A stretch of DNA of 32,000 bases from Xylanibacter ruminicola 23. Its GTDB lineage: Bacteria; Bacteroidota; Bacteroidia; Bacteroidales; Bacteroidaceae. The notes below the pieces were generated by a model that was not told the origin of the DNA, searched no databases, and worked only from the letters and a program-made list of their open reading frames with translations. Numbering within the stretch: the first letter of the stretch is position 1; the number at the start of each line of letters is the position of its first letter. The position numbers and the translations under genes were made by a program. The DNA lies in the NCBI RefSeq assembly GCF_000025925.1, contig NC_014033.1, forward strand, positions 1,560,001-1,592,000, written 5' to 3'. This document shows positions 1 to 9,956 of this stretch, piece after piece.

Positions 1-20
1 AAACAAAAAGAAGAATATTG

Positions 21-1787
21 ATGAAAAAGCTTGCTATCATACTGATTTCCACACTGTTATCAGTGGCGCCCATCGAGGCAAAAGACAATAAGACCGTAAA
101 AATTAAGGTGATTGAAACCAGCGATGTGCATGGACATTTTTTCCCCTACGACTTTATGGAGCAGACACCCATCAAGGGTACACTTTCGCGCGCAAACACC
201 TATATCAAAAAGCAGCGTAAAAAGTATGGCGAGGATCATTTCCTGCTGATAGATAATGGCGACATCCTGCAAGGTCAGCCTTGCGTATATTGGTCGAACT
301 ATGTGATGCCCGAGGATGAAAACATCGCAGCTTCGGTTATCAACTATATGAAATACGATGCCGAAACCGTAGGTAATCACGACATCGAGCCTGGCCACAA
401 GGTTTACGACAAGTGGATTCGCGAGGTTCGCTGTCCATTGCTGGGCGCCAACATCGTTAAAGAGGAATACAAGAACGCAGAGGCCCGTCCTGAGCATATC
501 TATACAGGACTGAAGCCCTACTCTGTACATTACAAAGATGGTGTTAAGATTGTAGTTATCGGCATGATCACCCCCGCCATTCCAAACTGGCTGAACAAAT
601 CCATCTGGAAAGGTCTGGAGTTCGAGGAGATGACCGCATGCGCCAAGAAATGGATTAAGTATGTAAAGGAGAACGAGAAACCCGATTTGATTTTCGGTTT
701 GTTCCACTCTGGTCTGAACGGTGGTATTAAAACGGCTGAATACGAGGAAGATGCAACAGAATCAGTAGCCCGCGAGGTTCCTGGTTTCGACATTATCTTC
801 TTTGGTCACGACCACCAGGTACACAACATGCTGATTACCAACAAAGCTGGCGAAAAGGTGCTTTGTGTAGATCCCTCGTGCTATGTAAACAACGTGGCTG
901 AAGCAGAGATTACGCTGACATACAAGGATGGCAAGCTTAGCAAGAAAAGCATTATCGGTAACATTGTAAATGTGCGCGACGAGAAGATCGACAAGCAGAT
1001 GATTACCTACTTCCAGCCTACCATCGATAAGGTTAAGGAATACGTGAGTCAGAAGATTGGATACTTTAAGAATCCTATCTACACCCGCGAGAGTTTCTTT
1101 GGCAACTCGGCTTTTACAGATTTGATTCACAATCTGCAGATGAGCATCTCGAAAGCCGACATATCGTTCAACGCCCCCTTGGCTTTCGATACCACCATCG
1201 ATGCCGGCGAGGTTACACAGGCCGATATGTTTAAGCTGTATCGCTTTGAGAACCTGCTGTTTGTACTCAAGATGACTGGCGAGGAAATCAGAAAACACCT
1301 GGAGTTCTCGTACGATATGTGGTGTAACACTATGACATCGCCCAACGACCACGCATTGCGTTTAAACGATGATTCAAAGGAAGACCAGCAGCGTACAGGA
1401 TTCCAATACTACACCTTTAATTTCGACTCGGCTTGCGGTATCGACTACGAGGTTGATCTGACCAAGCCCGACGGACAGAAGGTAAGAATTCTGCGCATGT
1501 CGAACGGTGAGCCATTCGACGAGAAGAAGTGGTATAAGGTAGTAATGAACAGCTATCGCGCCAATGGCGGTGGCGAGTTGCTGACTCGTGGCGCAGGTAT
1601 CCCACAGGATTCGCTCGAGAGTCGTGTGCTCTTCCACACCGAACTGGATCAGCGCCACTATCTGACAGAAGAGATCAAACGTTTGGGTACTATCGACCCA
1701 CAGAAGAATAACAACTGGAAGTTTGTGCCCGAGGCATGGGTAAAACCAGCCCTCGAGAGAGACCGTAAACAACTGTTTGAAAAATGA
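21..1787 (+). CDS. Secreted bifunctional metallophosphatase / 5'-nucleotidase (UshA-like)
   Basis: Signal peptide MKKLAIILISTLLSVAPIEA. Calcineurin-type metallophosphoesterase motifs DVHGH, GDILQG and GNHD. A long C-terminal half fits a 5'-nucleotidase substrate-binding domain. The track start at 18 is TTG; ATG at 21 is preferred. Confidence 0.8.
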   Translation: MKKLAIILISTLLSVAPIEAKDNKTVKIKVIETSDVHGHFFPYDFMEQTPIKGTLSRANTYIKKQRKKYGEDHFLLIDNGDILQGQPCVYWSNYVMPEDENIAASVINYMKYDAETVGNHDIEPGHKVYDKWIREVRCPLLGANIVKEEYKNAEARPEHIYTGLKPYSVHYKDGVKIVVIGMITPAIPNWLNKSIWKGLEFEEMTACAKKWIKYVKENEKPDLIFGLFHSGLNGGIKTAEYEEDATESVAREVPGFDIIFFGHDHQVHNMLITNKAGEKVLCVDPSCYVNNVAEAEITLTYKDGKLSKKSIIGNIVNVRDEKIDKQMITYFQPTIDKVKEYVSQKIGYFKNPIYTRESFFGNSAFTDLIHNLQMSISKADISFNAPLAFDTTIDAGEVTQADMFKLYRFENLLFVLKMTGEEIRKHLEFSYDMWCNTMTSPNDHALRLNDDSKEDQQRTGFQYYTFNFDSACGIDYEVDLTKPDGQKVRILRMSNGEPFDEKKWYKVVMNSYRANGGGELLTRGAGIPQDSLESRVLFHTELDQRHYLTEEIKRLGTIDPQKNNNWKFVPEAWVKPALERDRKQLFEK

Positions 1788-2557
1788 AACAACATTATTT
1801 CGTATTCTGTAAAGAAGACTTATTGTTAGAAAAAACCGCAGATGGCGGATATACCATTCCCTTTCAGGAAGAACCACCCACCGAGGTAAAACCTTGGACC
1901 AACGTAATGACCGTTACCCCGCTGGATGGCGTTGAGGTAAAAACATATAAGATAGACAGTCCGGTTTGCGACGACCCACGCTACGAGATGTGCGGCCTGC
2001 GACAGAGCTTTTACAAACTTGATAAAGCCCTGTACCAGAAAGCAGGCAAATGTCAGGAACTGCTGTATTGGGATGCCAACACCAAGTATTGTGGCGTGTG
2101 TGGTGCCCCCATGCGAATGGATACCGACATCTCGAAGAAATGTACTGAGTGCGGCAAAGAGATATGGCCACAATTAGCTACAGCAGTCATCGTACTGATA
2201 CACAAAGGCGACGAGGTTCTGCTGGTTCGCGCCAAGAACTTCCGTACCGATTTCTACGGATTGGTAGCAGGATTTGTTGAGACAGGCGAAACACTCGAAG
2301 AAGCGGTAGCCCGTGAGGCATTCGAGGAAACAGGCGTAAAGATCACCAACATACGCTACTTTGGTTCGCAACCTTGGCCCTACCCTTGCGGACTGATGGT
2401 AGGCTTTAATGCCGACTATGTATCAGGCGACATCCACCTGCAGGCCAGTGAGATAGCTAAAGGTGGCTGGTTCCGTAAAGACAACCTGCCTACTATCCCC
2501 GAAAAATTATCTATAGCACGTATGCTGCTCGATGCGTGGTTAGCCGAGAAAGATTAA
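1784..2557 (+). CDS. nudC: NAD(+) diphosphatase (NADH pyrophosphatase), Nudix family
   Basis: Zinc-ribbon CGVCGAPM...CTECGKEIWP followed by Nudix box GFVETGETLEEAVAREAFEETGV. ATGA start/stop overlap with the upstream gene. Confidence 0.8.
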   Translation: MKQHYFVFCKEDLLLEKTADGGYTIPFQEEPPTEVKPWTNVMTVTPLDGVEVKTYKIDSPVCDDPRYEMCGLRQSFYKLDKALYQKAGKCQELLYWDANTKYCGVCGAPMRMDTDISKKCTECGKEIWPQLATAVIVLIHKGDEVLLVRAKNFRTDFYGLVAGFVETGETLEEAVAREAFEETGVKITNIRYFGSQPWPYPCGLMVGFNADYVSGDIHLQASEIAKGGWFRKDNLPTIPEKLSIARMLLDAWLAEKD

Positions 2558-3333
2558 TACTCTACTAACTGCATCGATAACACACCCGTATAACTGATGG
2601 TTGATTCTACCATATAACAGGTAGCGCCATCAGGGATACATAGTGTGGCGTTAAAATGTAAGCCAGAGGCATCAATATGACTAAAGGCCATATTGGCCAG
2701 AATGGCATCGTTTAAGAATTCGGCAGGCACCAGACCTTGGTACTGCTGCTTATGGAAATCACTCGAATAGATCTGTCGCGCACCTTGGAAAACACTAATG
2801 TGCATGATGTTATCGTAGTACACATTCTCTACTTCCAATCCATCCTCGTTAAAAGTACGCTTTGTGACTTTATACTTGGTAGGATTAATAGCGATATACC
2901 AATGGTAGCGATTGCCGTTATAGGCAGCCACCGAGTCGATCTTAACCTGATGGGTATAGGTAAGCACACTCGGAGCAGCAGTCTCTATATCAGCATCATC
3001 AGCGTCGTCGCTCTTTTGCAGTTTCAACAAATCACCATTCTGATTATTAAACCAGAAGAGATGTTCGGTATGTTTAACGATACTATACGATGTGCCCGAT
3101 GCCAGATAAAGCGAGTCCTTGTAGATGCGGAAGTAGGTAGGCATACTGGTAGCATCGGCAAAGTAGAGCGTATCGCCGCTTACACGGAACGACACATCAC
3201 CACTCTCCTCATCTACCCAAACTCCCTGAAGCATCTCCTTTGCCGCCTTATCGTCGGGCAACGTTGATGAGTTGTTCTGGTTACAAGCCACCAGAACAAC
3301 CATCAGCATTGATATCGTTAAAATCTTCTTCAT
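2554..3333 (-). CDS. Lipoprotein of unknown function
   Basis: Lipobox MLMVVLVAC at the N-terminus. The ORF begins immediately after the ugd stop (3334-3336), so the two are probably co-transcribed. No recognisable catalytic motif. Confidence 0.6.
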   Translation of the reverse strand: MKKILTISMLMVVLVACNQNNSSTLPDDKAAKEMLQGVWVDEESGDVSFRVSGDTLYFADATSMPTYFRIYKDSLYLASGTSYSIVKHTEHLFWFNNQNGDLLKLQKSDDADDADIETAAPSVLTYTHQVKIDSVAAYNGNRYHWYIAINPTKYKVTKRTFNEDGLEVENVYYDNIMHISVFQGARQIYSSDFHKQQYQGLVPAEFLNDAILANMAFSHIDASGLHFNATLCIPDGATCYMVESTISYTGVLSMQLVEY

Positions 3334-4653
3334 TTACTTACCTATGCAATGATACTCAAAGCCATTCTCGTCGAGCTCCTCGCTATCGAAGATGTTTCTA
3401 CCATCAATAACCAGCGGACGCTTCATAGCCTTTTTAATCACACCCCATCCTGGCAGACGGAACTCCTTCCACTCGGTGAGCAGCAACAGGGCATCGGCAT
3501 CCAGCACCACATCATACATGTCGCGACAATAGGTTACCGTTTCGCCGATTCTGCGCTTACACTCATCCATAGCAATGGGGTCGTAAACACGTACGTTACA
3601 ACCAGCCTCAAGCAATTTGGCAATCATCACGAGGGCTGTTGATTCGCGCATATCATCAGTCTCAGGCTTGAACGAGAGTCCCCACATGGCGATGGTATTA
3701 CCTTTCAGAGCCTCAACGCTGCCAAATGCCTTAACCAGCTTCTCAAACAGCACGCTCTTCTGCTTTTCGTTCACACGCTCAACGGCCTTCAGAACCTCCA
3801 TCGAGTAGCCATTCTGATCGGCAGTCTTAATCAGCGCCTTTACATCCTTGGGGAAGCAAGAGCCACCATAACCGCAACCTGCATACAGGAACTTTCTACC
3901 GATACGCGTATCGCTACCGATACCAGCGCGCACCATGTTAACATCGGCACCAACACGCTCGCAAAGGTTGGCAATATCATTCATGAACGAGATACGGGTA
4001 GCCAGCATCGAGTTGGCAGCATATTTAGTCATCTCGGCCGATGGGATATCCATGAAAATCACACGGAAATTATTAATCAGGAAAGGCTTGTAAAGCTTGG
4101 TCAGCGTTTTCTTGGCCTTCTCGCTCTCAACACCTACTACCACACGGTCGGGACTCATAAAGTCCTTGATGGCGTTACCCTCTTTCAGGAACTCCGGGTT
4201 CGAAGCCACGTCGAATTCGACATCCACGCCACGCTTAGCCAACTCGTCCTCGATAGCCTTACGCACCTTTTTGGCAGTACCTACCGGTACAGTACTCTTG
4301 GTTACAACAACCACGTACTTCTTCAGGTTCTGACCGATGGTCTTAGCCACCTGCAGCACGTATTTCAAGTCGGCCGAGCCATCCTCATCGGGAGGTGTAC
4401 CTACAGCTGAGAAAACAATCTCCACATCATCGAGTACAGAAGCCAAGTCGGTAGTGAACTTCAAGCGACCAGCGGCCACATTCTTCTTTACCAACTCGTC
4501 GAGTCCTGGTTCGTAGATGGGGATTTCACCGTTTTTCAGGCGTTCTATCTTATTTTCATCAACGTCTACACACGTAACATTTGCTCCTGTATCGGCAAAG
4601 CATGTTCCCGATACCAAACCTACATATCCGGTTCCTACAATAGCAATATTCAT
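3334..4653 (-). CDS. ugd: UDP-glucose 6-dehydrogenase
   Basis: N-terminal Rossmann motif MNIAIVGTGYVGLVSG, catalytic-Cys motif GGSCFPKD, and a 439-aa length typical of the family. Confidence 0.9.
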   Translation of the reverse strand: MNIAIVGTGYVGLVSGTCFADTGANVTCVDVDENKIERLKNGEIPIYEPGLDELVKKNVAAGRLKFTTDLASVLDDVEIVFSAVGTPPDEDGSADLKYVLQVAKTIGQNLKKYVVVVTKSTVPVGTAKKVRKAIEDELAKRGVDVEFDVASNPEFLKEGNAIKDFMSPDRVVVGVESEKAKKTLTKLYKPFLINNFRVIFMDIPSAEMTKYAANSMLATRISFMNDIANLCERVGADVNMVRAGIGSDTRIGRKFLYAGCGYGGSCFPKDVKALIKTADQNGYSMEVLKAVERVNEKQKSVLFEKLVKAFGSVEALKGNTIAMWGLSFKPETDDMRESTALVMIAKLLEAGCNVRVYDPIAMDECKRRIGETVTYCRDMYDVVLDADALLLLTEWKEFRLPGWGVIKKAMKRPLVIDGRNIFDSEELDENGFEYHCIGK

Positions 4654-4732
4654 ACTGTTAACAACTAAATTTTGTGCAAAGGTACACTAAATTTTTAATA
4701 TCACAAGCATTTTAAGTTTCTTTTATTTGTTT

Positions 4733-5866
4733 ATGTCGAAAAAATACAGTAATTTTGCACCCGTGATTGAATTAGAAAGACATATTGAGATACTGCTGCT
4801 CGACAACGACTGCGTGATTGTGCCCGGTTTGGGCGGATTCATGGCGCACCATGTTGAAGCAAGATACGAGGAAGACGAACAGGCCTTCCTTCCCCCACTC
4901 CGTACATTAGGTTTTAACCCACAACTTAAGATTAACGATTCACTTCTTGCCCAGTCGTACATCGAGGCTTACGACATCAGCTACCCAGAGGCCCTTCAGC
5001 GTATTGAGGACGAAGTGAACGAACTGACGCAAATCCTGCAGAACGAAGGTCGCTACGAGCTTAATAATATAGGTATAATAGAGCTTAACGAGGATGGCAA
5101 CTACGTGTTCACCCCTTGCGAGGCAGGTATTCTTACCCCAAGCCTGTATGGACTGAACTCGTTCGAGATGAAACTGATTAAGACAGTCAGCTCGGAAAGT
5201 GTCGAAGAGACTCCTGAAGCAAAGGTGGTTGAGATGAAGCCAGAGCCCAAGCCAGAGTCGGAGGTTAACAGCGTTCTGCAGCAGAACCTGGTTGACATCA
5301 ACGACGACGATACCGATGTGGTTCGCATCAAGTTCTCGTGGATTCGCAATGCCGTTGCCGTAGCCGCCATCCTGTTGGCTGTGTTCTTTGTAGCAATGCC
5401 TACTGGCAAGACCGAGCTGATGAAGAGCACCATCAACAGTCTGAACAATCAGATTTTGTTTGGCATGATGACCTCGAAGGACACTAACACCAGCGCCATC
5501 GATTTTAAGCGTAAGGATGCACAGAAGCCTGCCGCAGTTAAAACTGCCGAGGCTATACTCGATACCATCAAGCCCGCTAAGCCAGCCGAAGCTACCAAAC
5601 CCGTTGCCATCAAGCCCGACAGTACTCGCGAGGGTTACTGCATTGTGTTGGCCAGCCATGTTAACAAGCAGAATGCTGAGATTTTCATCAACAACTTGGC
5701 AGAGCGTGGTTACAAAGGTGCCGAGATTTATGTGCACAACAACATTACCCGTATCGTTTACGGTCACTACGAGAATCAAGCCGATGCTTATACCCAGTTA
5801 CAGAAGATAGCCAAAGAAAAGGATTTGGCCGAATCGTGGGTTTACAAATATAACGAGAAAAAATAA
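4733..5866 (+). CDS. HU-CCDC81-like N-terminal / SPOR C-terminal domain membrane protein
   Basis: The N-terminus (IEILLLDNDCVIVPGLGGFMAHHV...) resembles bacterial HU-CCDC81 domains. There is one central TM helix (AVAVAAILLAVFFVAM). The C-terminal segment looks SPOR-like (GYCIVLASHVNKQNAEIFINNL...IVYGHYENQADAYTQLQKI). ATG at 4733 is preferred over the TTG at 4727. Confidence 0.6.
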   Translation: MSKKYSNFAPVIELERHIEILLLDNDCVIVPGLGGFMAHHVEARYEEDEQAFLPPLRTLGFNPQLKINDSLLAQSYIEAYDISYPEALQRIEDEVNELTQILQNEGRYELNNIGIIELNEDGNYVFTPCEAGILTPSLYGLNSFEMKLIKTVSSESVEETPEAKVVEMKPEPKPESEVNSVLQQNLVDINDDDTDVVRIKFSWIRNAVAVAAILLAVFFVAMPTGKTELMKSTINSLNNQILFGMMTSKDTNTSAIDFKRKDAQKPAAVKTAEAILDTIKPAKPAEATKPVAIKPDSTREGYCIVLASHVNKQNAEIFINNLAERGYKGAEIYVHNNITRIVYGHYENQADAYTQLQKIAKEKDLAESWVYKYNEKK

Positions 5867-5869
5867 TCA

Positions 5870-6400
5870 ATGAAGAGAGTACGCTGCCCTAAGTGCGACC
5901 AGTACATCACCTTCGATGAGACCAAGTACGAGGCTGGTCAGTCGTTGGTTTTCAAATGCCCCGACTGCGGCAAGGAGTTTGGTATCCGTATCGGCGTGAG
6001 CAAACTTCGTGAGCGTCAGAAAGATGAAAACCCCGACGAGCAGGCCAACGAACAGGGTTGCGGATCAATCGTTGTTATCGAAAACGTATTCCATTACAAG
6101 CAGGTTATCCCTCTTCGTATGGGCGACAACATCATTGGTCGTTATCAGAAAGGCAATCCCGCCAATACCGCTTTCGAGACAGTAGATCCCAGCGTCGATC
6201 TCAATCATTGCACCATCACCGTTAGTCGTGATAAAAAAGGTGGCTTGCGTTATACGCTGAAAGACAACAACAGCAACACTGGCACCTTTATCGATAACGT
6301 AGAGCTCACCCCAAAAGAGCGTCGCGTTATCAGCGATGGCACCCTCTTCACCCTTGGTGCCACCTCTATCATCCTTCGCACATCCAACGACGAAGAATAA
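5870..6400 (+). CDS. Zinc-ribbon + FHA domain protein
   Basis: N-terminal CPKC...CPDC zinc ribbon. The C-terminal part is FHA-like (IIGRYQKG...NHCTITV...NSNTGTFIDNVEL...G). Confidence 0.65.
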   Translation: MKRVRCPKCDQYITFDETKYEAGQSLVFKCPDCGKEFGIRIGVSKLRERQKDENPDEQANEQGCGSIVVIENVFHYKQVIPLRMGDNIIGRYQKGNPANTAFETVDPSVDLNHCTITVSRDKKGGLRYTLKDNNSNTGTFIDNVELTPKERRVISDGTLFTLGATSIILRTSNDEE

Positions 6401-6405
6401 AAAAT

Positions 6406-7278
6406 ATGATTACCGAAGGCTACATGCCGTTTATGGGCTACCAAACCTACTACCGCATAGTAGGCGAGGCATCGGAGAAAACACCGCTATTGTTGCTGCA
6501 TGGCGGTCCTGGTAGTACGCACAACTATTTCGAGGTGCTCGACTGCATCGCCGAAACAGGACGACAGGTTATCTCGTACGACCAGATAGGTTGCGGCAAT
6601 TCTTATCTCGACGGACACCCAGAACTTTGGACACAGAAGACGTGGATTGACGAACTTATCGCCATCCGCGAGTATCTTCAGCTCGATGCCGTGCATATAC
6701 TTGGCCAGTCGTGGGGAGCTATGCAGGCCATCGCCTATGTCATCGACCATCAGCCCCAAGGCATCAAGTCGCTCATTCTGTCATCAGGCCATGCCTCCAG
6801 CAGTTTATGGGCCAGCGAGCAGCACCGTCTTATCAAATACCTGTCGGACGAAGATCAGGAAGCCATCCGCCATGCCGAAGCTACAGGCAAATGGGATGAT
6901 GAAGCCTATCTGCAGGCAAACAATCATTACTTTGAGCAGTTTGTTATTAGTGTTGATGAGCACTCACCCGAGTGTCTCCGTCGTCCCAAGCGTGCTGGTG
7001 CCGAAGCCTACCTCTATGGTTGGGGCCCCAACGAGTATCAGCCACTCGGCAGTCTGAAGGACTTCGAATACACCGATAAGTTAGACCAGATTTCTCAGCC
7101 TACACTTATCTGTAGTGGCACACGCGACATCTGTACCCCCGTAGTAGCAGCCTCACTCTACGAGCATATCCCCCACAGCCAATGGCATCTGTTCCGCCAC
7201 TCGCGCCACACTTGCTTTATCGATGCTCACCAGGAGTATTGCCAGGTACTCACCAAGTGGTTGGAAGAAAACGACTAA
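6406..7278 (+). CDS. pip: Proline iminopeptidase (alpha/beta hydrolase)
   Basis: HGGPGS oxyanion motif, GQSWGA nucleophile elbow (GxSxG), C-terminal His region, 290 aa. Confidence 0.75.
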   Translation: MITEGYMPFMGYQTYYRIVGEASEKTPLLLLHGGPGSTHNYFEVLDCIAETGRQVISYDQIGCGNSYLDGHPELWTQKTWIDELIAIREYLQLDAVHILGQSWGAMQAIAYVIDHQPQGIKSLILSSGHASSSLWASEQHRLIKYLSDEDQEAIRHAEATGKWDDEAYLQANNHYFEQFVISVDEHSPECLRRPKRAGAEAYLYGWGPNEYQPLGSLKDFEYTDKLDQISQPTLICSGTRDICTPVVAASLYEHIPHSQWHLFRHSRHTCFIDAHQEYCQVLTKWLEEND

Positions 7279-7279
7279 C

Positions 7280-8071
7280 ATGACGTGGACTGTAATTTCA
7301 GATAACCGTTCGAACAATCCAGAGCTTGAAACAGAGCATGGATTGTCAATCCTTCTACAAACAGAGCGACACAAGATTCTGCTTGATACCGGAGCAAGCG
7401 ACGTGTTTATGAGAAATGCCGAGCAGATGGGTATAAACCTAAGCGATGTTGACTATGTTTTTATTTCTCATGGACATAGCGACCATGCAGGAGGCTTACG
7501 TTACCTGTTAGAGCATAATCAGCAGGCCAGAATCATTGTCTCTCCCGATGCTATGAGCGGCAAATTCTTTTCAAAGCGAGGCAATCTTCATAGCATCACC
7601 ACAGAATGGCCTGAGATAAGCAACGACAGACTTATCTTGATAGATCACGCCTGCGAAATTGCCGACGGTCTGCGAGTGATTGCTCATATCCCTCAGACGC
7701 ATCCAATGCCCAAAGGCAATCAGAATCTCTTTATACAAGATGGCTACGGCGATTATATTCACGACGACTTCCGCCATGAGTTAGCGCTTTACTCCGACGG
7801 ACTGTTGTTTACCGGCTGTGCTCATAACGGACTGGAAAACATTCTGTCGGCATGTCCTTGGCCCGTTCACACCGTTGTAGGAGGTTTCCACTTGCTCGAC
7901 GGTCTGCAATCTGACGAAGAGATTACAGATTTGGCACAAAGACTGACGACTAATTACCCCAATACCCATTTCTACACCAGCCATTGCACAGGCGACCATG
8001 TATTCGAGGTAATGAAAACCATCATGCCCACCCATATTCACCCCTTCACCTGCGGCACAACTAAAGAATAG
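7280..8071 (+). CDS. MBL-fold metallo-hydrolase
   Basis: HxHxDH motif HGHSDHAGG. The internal ATG at 7280 lies directly after the pip stop and is preferred to the overlapping track start at 7223. Confidence 0.7.
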   Translation: MTWTVISDNRSNNPELETEHGLSILLQTERHKILLDTGASDVFMRNAEQMGINLSDVDYVFISHGHSDHAGGLRYLLEHNQQARIIVSPDAMSGKFFSKRGNLHSITTEWPEISNDRLILIDHACEIADGLRVIAHIPQTHPMPKGNQNLFIQDGYGDYIHDDFRHELALYSDGLLFTGCAHNGLENILSACPWPVHTVVGGFHLLDGLQSDEEITDLAQRLTTNYPNTHFYTSHCTGDHVFEVMKTIMPTHIHPFTCGTTKE

Positions 8072-8112
8072 AAATATTTTGCAAAACATTTGGATGTTTG
8101 GAGTATTTTGTC

Positions 8113-8120
8113 TATTTTTG
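8113..8120 (+). promoter_or_regulatory. Bacteroidetes -7 box TATTTTTG upstream of the MNT gene
   Basis: Exact TAnnTTTG match 26 nt upstream of the ATG at 8146. This supports the 8146 start over the track start at 8098. Confidence 0.45.
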
Positions 8121-8145
8121 CAGCAGAACAAACAAACATTGTTGT

Positions 8146-8469
8146 ATGACAGATAAAAACAGAAAGGTACTCGACCAAATCAAAGCAGTTGCACGTGAGT
8201 CTGCCCCCAAAGGCAGTCTGGTTATTCTGTTTGGTTCAAGAGCGAGAGGCGAAGCAAAAAGAGGATCCGATTGGGATATTCTGATTGTTCTGCCAAAGAA
8301 CCGCTTGGAACAGAGCGATTACGATGATGTAAGTTTCCCCTTTGTTGAGTTAGGTTGGAAACTCAACGAACAAATCAACCCCGTTATGTACACCAAAGCT
8401 GAATGGGATGCCAGCAGCATTACCCCATTCTACGACAACGTGGTACGTGATGGCATAAACCTTATATAA
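8146..8469 (+). CDS. Minimal nucleotidyltransferase (MNT-type antitoxin candidate)
   Basis: GSRARGEAKRGSDWDILIV matches the GSxxxG...DxD nucleotidyltransferase signature. The protein is about 107 aa and lies 3 nt upstream of a HEPN gene. Confidence 0.75.
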   Translation: MTDKNRKVLDQIKAVARESAPKGSLVILFGSRARGEAKRGSDWDILIVLPKNRLEQSDYDDVSFPFVELGWKLNEQINPVMYTKAEWDASSITPFYDNVVRDGINLI

Positions 8470-8472
8470 TAT

Positions 8473-8850
8473 ATGGATAAAGAACTACTGATAAAACTGC
8501 AAAAAGACAAGTCACATAAGATGCTGGCCGATGCCGACGAAATGGTAATCCAAAAGCGTTGGGACATTGCCGCTAACAGATATTACTATGCTTGCTATCA
8601 CATGTTGCAAGCACTGTTTATCTCTCGTGGAGTATCAGCCAAATCTCATGATGGCTCACTCACCCATCTTGGCCAGGATTTTATCTTATCAGGCGAGGTT
8701 GATAAGAAATTTGGTCGTTTCTTCTCTCGTATGGTCCAACTCCGCCACAAAGCCGATTATAACAGCATCGCCGAGGTAACGGAAGACGAAGTTTTAGAAA
8801 TGCAACCTCTTTCAAAAGAATTTGTTGAACAGGTAGAGGCTATCATTTAG
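8473..8850 (+). CDS. HEPN domain protein (toxin candidate of the MNT-HEPN pair)
   Basis: A 125-aa all-helical protein with an R-x5-H / RHKADY motif (RMVQLRHKADY), tightly coupled to the MNT gene. Confidence 0.7.
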   Translation: MDKELLIKLQKDKSHKMLADADEMVIQKRWDIAANRYYYACYHMLQALFISRGVSAKSHDGSLTHLGQDFILSGEVDKKFGRFFSRMVQLRHKADYNSIAEVTEDEVLEMQPLSKEFVEQVEAII

Positions 8851-8934
8851 TTATTACAAACTAGAACCTGCGGTAGTGTAAGTTGAACTGTGTCAAGGCC
8901 ATTTTCCTTGTTATATTAACCTCAGATGGGGGAC

Positions 8935-9956
8935 ACGATTTTTAATCCTTTTCCTACATCAAACCACAACCGCCGCAATGCTTTCTACTTTGTGCGTGCA
9001 GTTGTATATCATTCCTTTCCTACATCAAACCACAACCAGAATCCCAAAAGAGCAAAAAAGTAAAAAGTTGTATATCATTCCTTTCCTACATCAAACCACA
9101 ACGTGGATGGTGCGCCAGCTGCAAGGGGACGGGTTGTATATCATTCCTTTCCTACATCAAACCACAACCACGTGTCGGCCACCCTTCCACACGCCCTCGT
9201 TGTATATCATTCCTTTCCTACATCAAACCACAACATAACTATAAGAAAGCCCAGAAGGGTGGTAGTTGTATATCATTCCTTTCCTACATCAAACCACAAC
9301 TCACCACATCACCATTCTCGTCACGCTCAGTTGTATATCATTCCTTTCCTACATCAAACCACAACCGCCTTGATGGTGATGCTGTCGTGCAGATAGTTGT
9401 ATATCATTCCTTTCCTACATCAAACCACAACTGGGTTCTTCCACACCATGCAGAGCGATATGTTGTATATCATTCCTTTCCTACATCAAACCACAACACG
9501 GGCACCGCGACAAGCAGAGCGGTTGGAGTTGTATATCATTCCTTTCCTACATCAAACCACAACTAAAGGTTAGCAACTCCCTCCATTTTTTTGTTGTATA
9601 TCATTCCTTTCCTACATCAAACCACAACATTGATGGTGTTCCACCATTGACTGAGCAAGTTGTATATCATTCCTTTCCTACATCAAACCACAACCTACTA
9701 CAAAACCCTGCAATATCAGTGCGAGTTGTATATCATTCCTTTCCTACATCAAACCACAACGATACCGCCACCACTCTCTGACGCATCGTCGTTGTATATC
9801 ATTCCTTTCCTACATCAAACCACAACTGCGTCTGCCAGGTATGCCCACCATGCGCGTTGTATATCATTCCTTTCCTACATCAAACCACAACCAGTCCCAG
9901 TTGCTCGCGCAGTTGGTCGCGTTGTATATCATTCCTTTCCTACATCAAACCACAAC
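8935..9956 (-). CRISPR. Type II-C CRISPR array: 15 identical 36-bp repeats plus 1 degenerate terminal repeat, 15 spacers
   Basis: The plus-strand repeat is GTTGTATATCATTCCTTTCCTACATCAAACCACAAC. The crRNA sense on the minus strand is GTTGTGGTTTGATGTAGGAAAGGAATGATATACAAC. Repeat starts are 8935 (degenerate, only the 21-23 nt nearest 8970 conserved), 9001, 9067, 9133, 9199, 9265, 9330, 9396, 9462, 9528, 9593, 9659, 9725, 9791, 9856 and 9921. Eleven spacers are 30 nt and four are 29 nt. Strand was assigned from the tracrRNA anti-repeat and from the degenerate repeat lying distal to cas2. Confidence 0.97.

Noticed and set aside
4940-5779. 279-aa minus-strand ORF
   Set aside because: It lies antisense to the SPOR-domain gene, which has recognisable domains, and it has no motifs of its own. 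The same reasoning applies to the other antisense ORFs in the track (60-707, 762-1352, 1374-1877, 2737-3267, 23805-24524 and others).
8971-9920. Self-targeting spacers (matches to VirE, HigBA or other parts of this window)
   Set aside because: No match was noticed by eye, but this was not an exhaustive search. It needs an alignment of all 15 spacers against the genome.
8935-9956. Plus-strand orientation of the crRNAs (the repeat also begins GTTGTA on the plus strand, and some II-C arrays are read opposite to cas9)
   Set aside because: The only anti-repeat with a promoter, nexus hairpin and terminator (14094-14176, plus strand) pairs with the 5' part of the minus-sense repeat. The degenerate repeat is at the end distal to cas2, and a promoter-like box sits in the cas2-proximal leader.
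9001-9956. Repeat-internal promoters as in Neisseria/Campylobacter II-C arrays (minus-sense repeat ends TGATATACAAC, vaguely like an extended -10)
   Set aside because: There is no TAnnTTTG match within the repeat. An E. coli-type -10 is not expected to work with the Bacteroidetes primary sigma factor, and the hexamer lacks the terminal T. This cannot be excluded without 5'-end mapping.
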